Shown here: positions 62,804-64,000 of the stretch, piece after piece | How positions within the stretch are numbered: position 1 is the stretch's first letter | How the letters are laid out: each line of letters starts with the position of its first letter | DNA from: Burkholderiales bacterium | GTDB taxonomy: Bacteria > Pseudomonadota > Gammaproteobacteria > Burkholderiales > Burkholderiaceae_C | Direction of reading: 5' to 3' | Assembly (NCBI GenBank): GCA_016213265.1 | Contig: JACRBA010000134.1 | Span: 29,043 to 93,042, forward strand | DNA length: 64,000 nucleotides | The notes under the pieces: model-generated | What the model was told of the DNA's origin: nothing | The model's database searches: none | What the model saw: only the letters and a program-made list of their open reading frames with translations | Program-made: the position numbers and the translations under genes

Positions 62804-64000
62804 GGCGACACTTCCAACACAAGGGGAGGAGGTAACGCAATCTCCGGCGAACCACCACCGACTCCTATGGGGATCGCATGAACGAAGCGAACCTCGATAC
62901 GCCCCGGCTGCGGCGAGACCAATTGCCACTCCAAGGCGCGGCCACTGCCTACCGCCGGTGTGGGCTCGTTGCGAACGACGCCTACGTCAATCTCCCCATT
63001 GGCCGCGTCGGAGGAAGACAGACTCACGTTGGCGGCGCCCTGGTGCCAGAGGTCTCCCTCTTTGGCCTCCAGCAGCAAGAGTCGGCCCGCATCCGCTGCA
63101 AGGCGCACCCTCATCCCGCGCAGCCCGGGCCCTAGGTCGCCATGCAACGCAAGCGCAAACGGAACGCCAGCCTTGATCGGGCCAAGAGCTTCCCAGCGAA
63201 GAGCCAAGCGGCCGGGCATTTTCTGAGGGTCTGCCGCTTGGGCATCGCTCTCGCTGGCATCAGGTGCTGCCGAATCTGCTGCCTGACCGCTGGACGCCGG
63301 CTTCCCGCTCGACGCCACTTCCTCTGGCGCGACCCGGCTGCCCACCTGTCGCAGGCGGGTGTACGCCTCCGTACCTACCCACAACTCCGCCTCGCTCGGT
63401 TCGGGCTGTCGCAAGTTGCGCACGATGCGCGGTGTGATCGCCAGCACAAGCTCAGTCCGGCTGCCATCATCCAGCTGGCTGCTGAACAGCCGGCCCAACA
63501 CGGGCACGTCCCCCGCCAGCGGGACACGGCTCGCGCTGGTGCGGTCCTCCTTGCTCAACAGGCCGGCCAGCAGCTGCGTTTCACCGTCCTTTAGGCGCAG
63601 CGCGGTGCTGGCATTGCGTGTGCTGATCTGGTAAGCCACGGTACCGGAGGCCGTCTTAAGCTGTCCCGCGAGCGAGCCCACTTCTAGCGCCAGCTTGATC
63701 GCCACCTCGTCGTTCGCGTAGATGGTGGGTTCAATGTCCAGCTTCAACCCGACATCGAGATAACTCACGGTGTCACTGACGAAGCCGGTCTGGCCAGTGG
63801 TCGTGGTGATGATGGGCACCTTGTCGCCGATCAGAACCTTTGCCTTCTCGCGGTTCTTTGCCCGGACCCGTGGGTTGGCAAGGATCTCGAAGTCGCCCAC
63901 CTCCCGCCGAAGATTGAGCGTGATGCCGCCCACTGACACACCGATGCGGTCTTCGCCCAGGCCGCGAAGGTTGGCGACGGTGAGTCCGCCCCCACCACTG
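62800..64000 (-). CDS. gspD: T2SS secretin with C-terminal cohesin-like domain, 5' end outside window
   Basis: ILANPRVR, IGDKVP, YLDVGLKL, LKDGET..AGL, VPVLGRLF, ITPRIV. Confidence 0.92.
   Translation of the reverse strand, partial: SGGGGLTVANLRGLGEDRIGVSVGGITLNLRREVGDFEILANPRVRAKNREKAKVLIGDKVPIITTTTGQTGFVSDTVSYLDVGLKLDIEPTIYANDEVAIKLALEVGSLAGQLKTASGTVAYQISTRNASTALRLKDGETQLLAGLLSKEDRTSASRVPLAGDVPVLGRLFSSQLDDGSRTELVLAITPRIVRNLRQPEPSEAELWVGTEAYTRLRQVGSRVAPEEVASSGKPASSGQAADSAAPDASESDAQAADPQKMPGRLALRWEALGPIKAGVPFALALHGDLGPGLRGMRVRLAADAGRLLLLEAKEGDLWHQGAANVSLSSSDAANGEIDVGVVRNEPTPAVGSGRALEWQLVSPQPGRIEVRFVHAIPIGVGGGSPEIALPPPLVLEVSP

Overview
GC-rich accessory region, probably betaproteobacterial (Burkholderiales-like; inferred from gene content only). 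Left (1-18.5 kb): IS481, IS3 and IS5 debris with a GIY-YIG-like gene, then two divergent Rhs/YD polymorphic toxin loci whose carriers have Sec-type signal peptides. One is split into two genes and ends in an HNH toxin with a DUF4265-like immunity gene. The other is SpvB/FG-GAP/Rhs ending in a papain-fold toxin with an Imm35/YrhB immunity gene. Middle (18816-57201): one 38.4-kb Tn3-family transposon, defined by 33-bp GGGG-terminal inverted repeats and a 5-bp GGCTC target duplication. It encodes an IS1071-like TnpA, a tyrosine recombinase with a candidate res site, a broad-spectrum mer operon (merRTPCAB), bluB and a riboswitch-controlled, essentially complete aerobic cobalamin operon that includes a -1 frameshift chelatase gene. 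It inserted into the last codons of a decayed BrnT-like toxin-antitoxin pair. Right (57.5-64 kb): a type II secretion gene cluster that would lie about 0.6 kb from the Rhs toxin locus if the transposon were removed, suggesting a T2SS-delivered Rhs toxin system. All family assignments come from motif recognition by eye; no searches were run.
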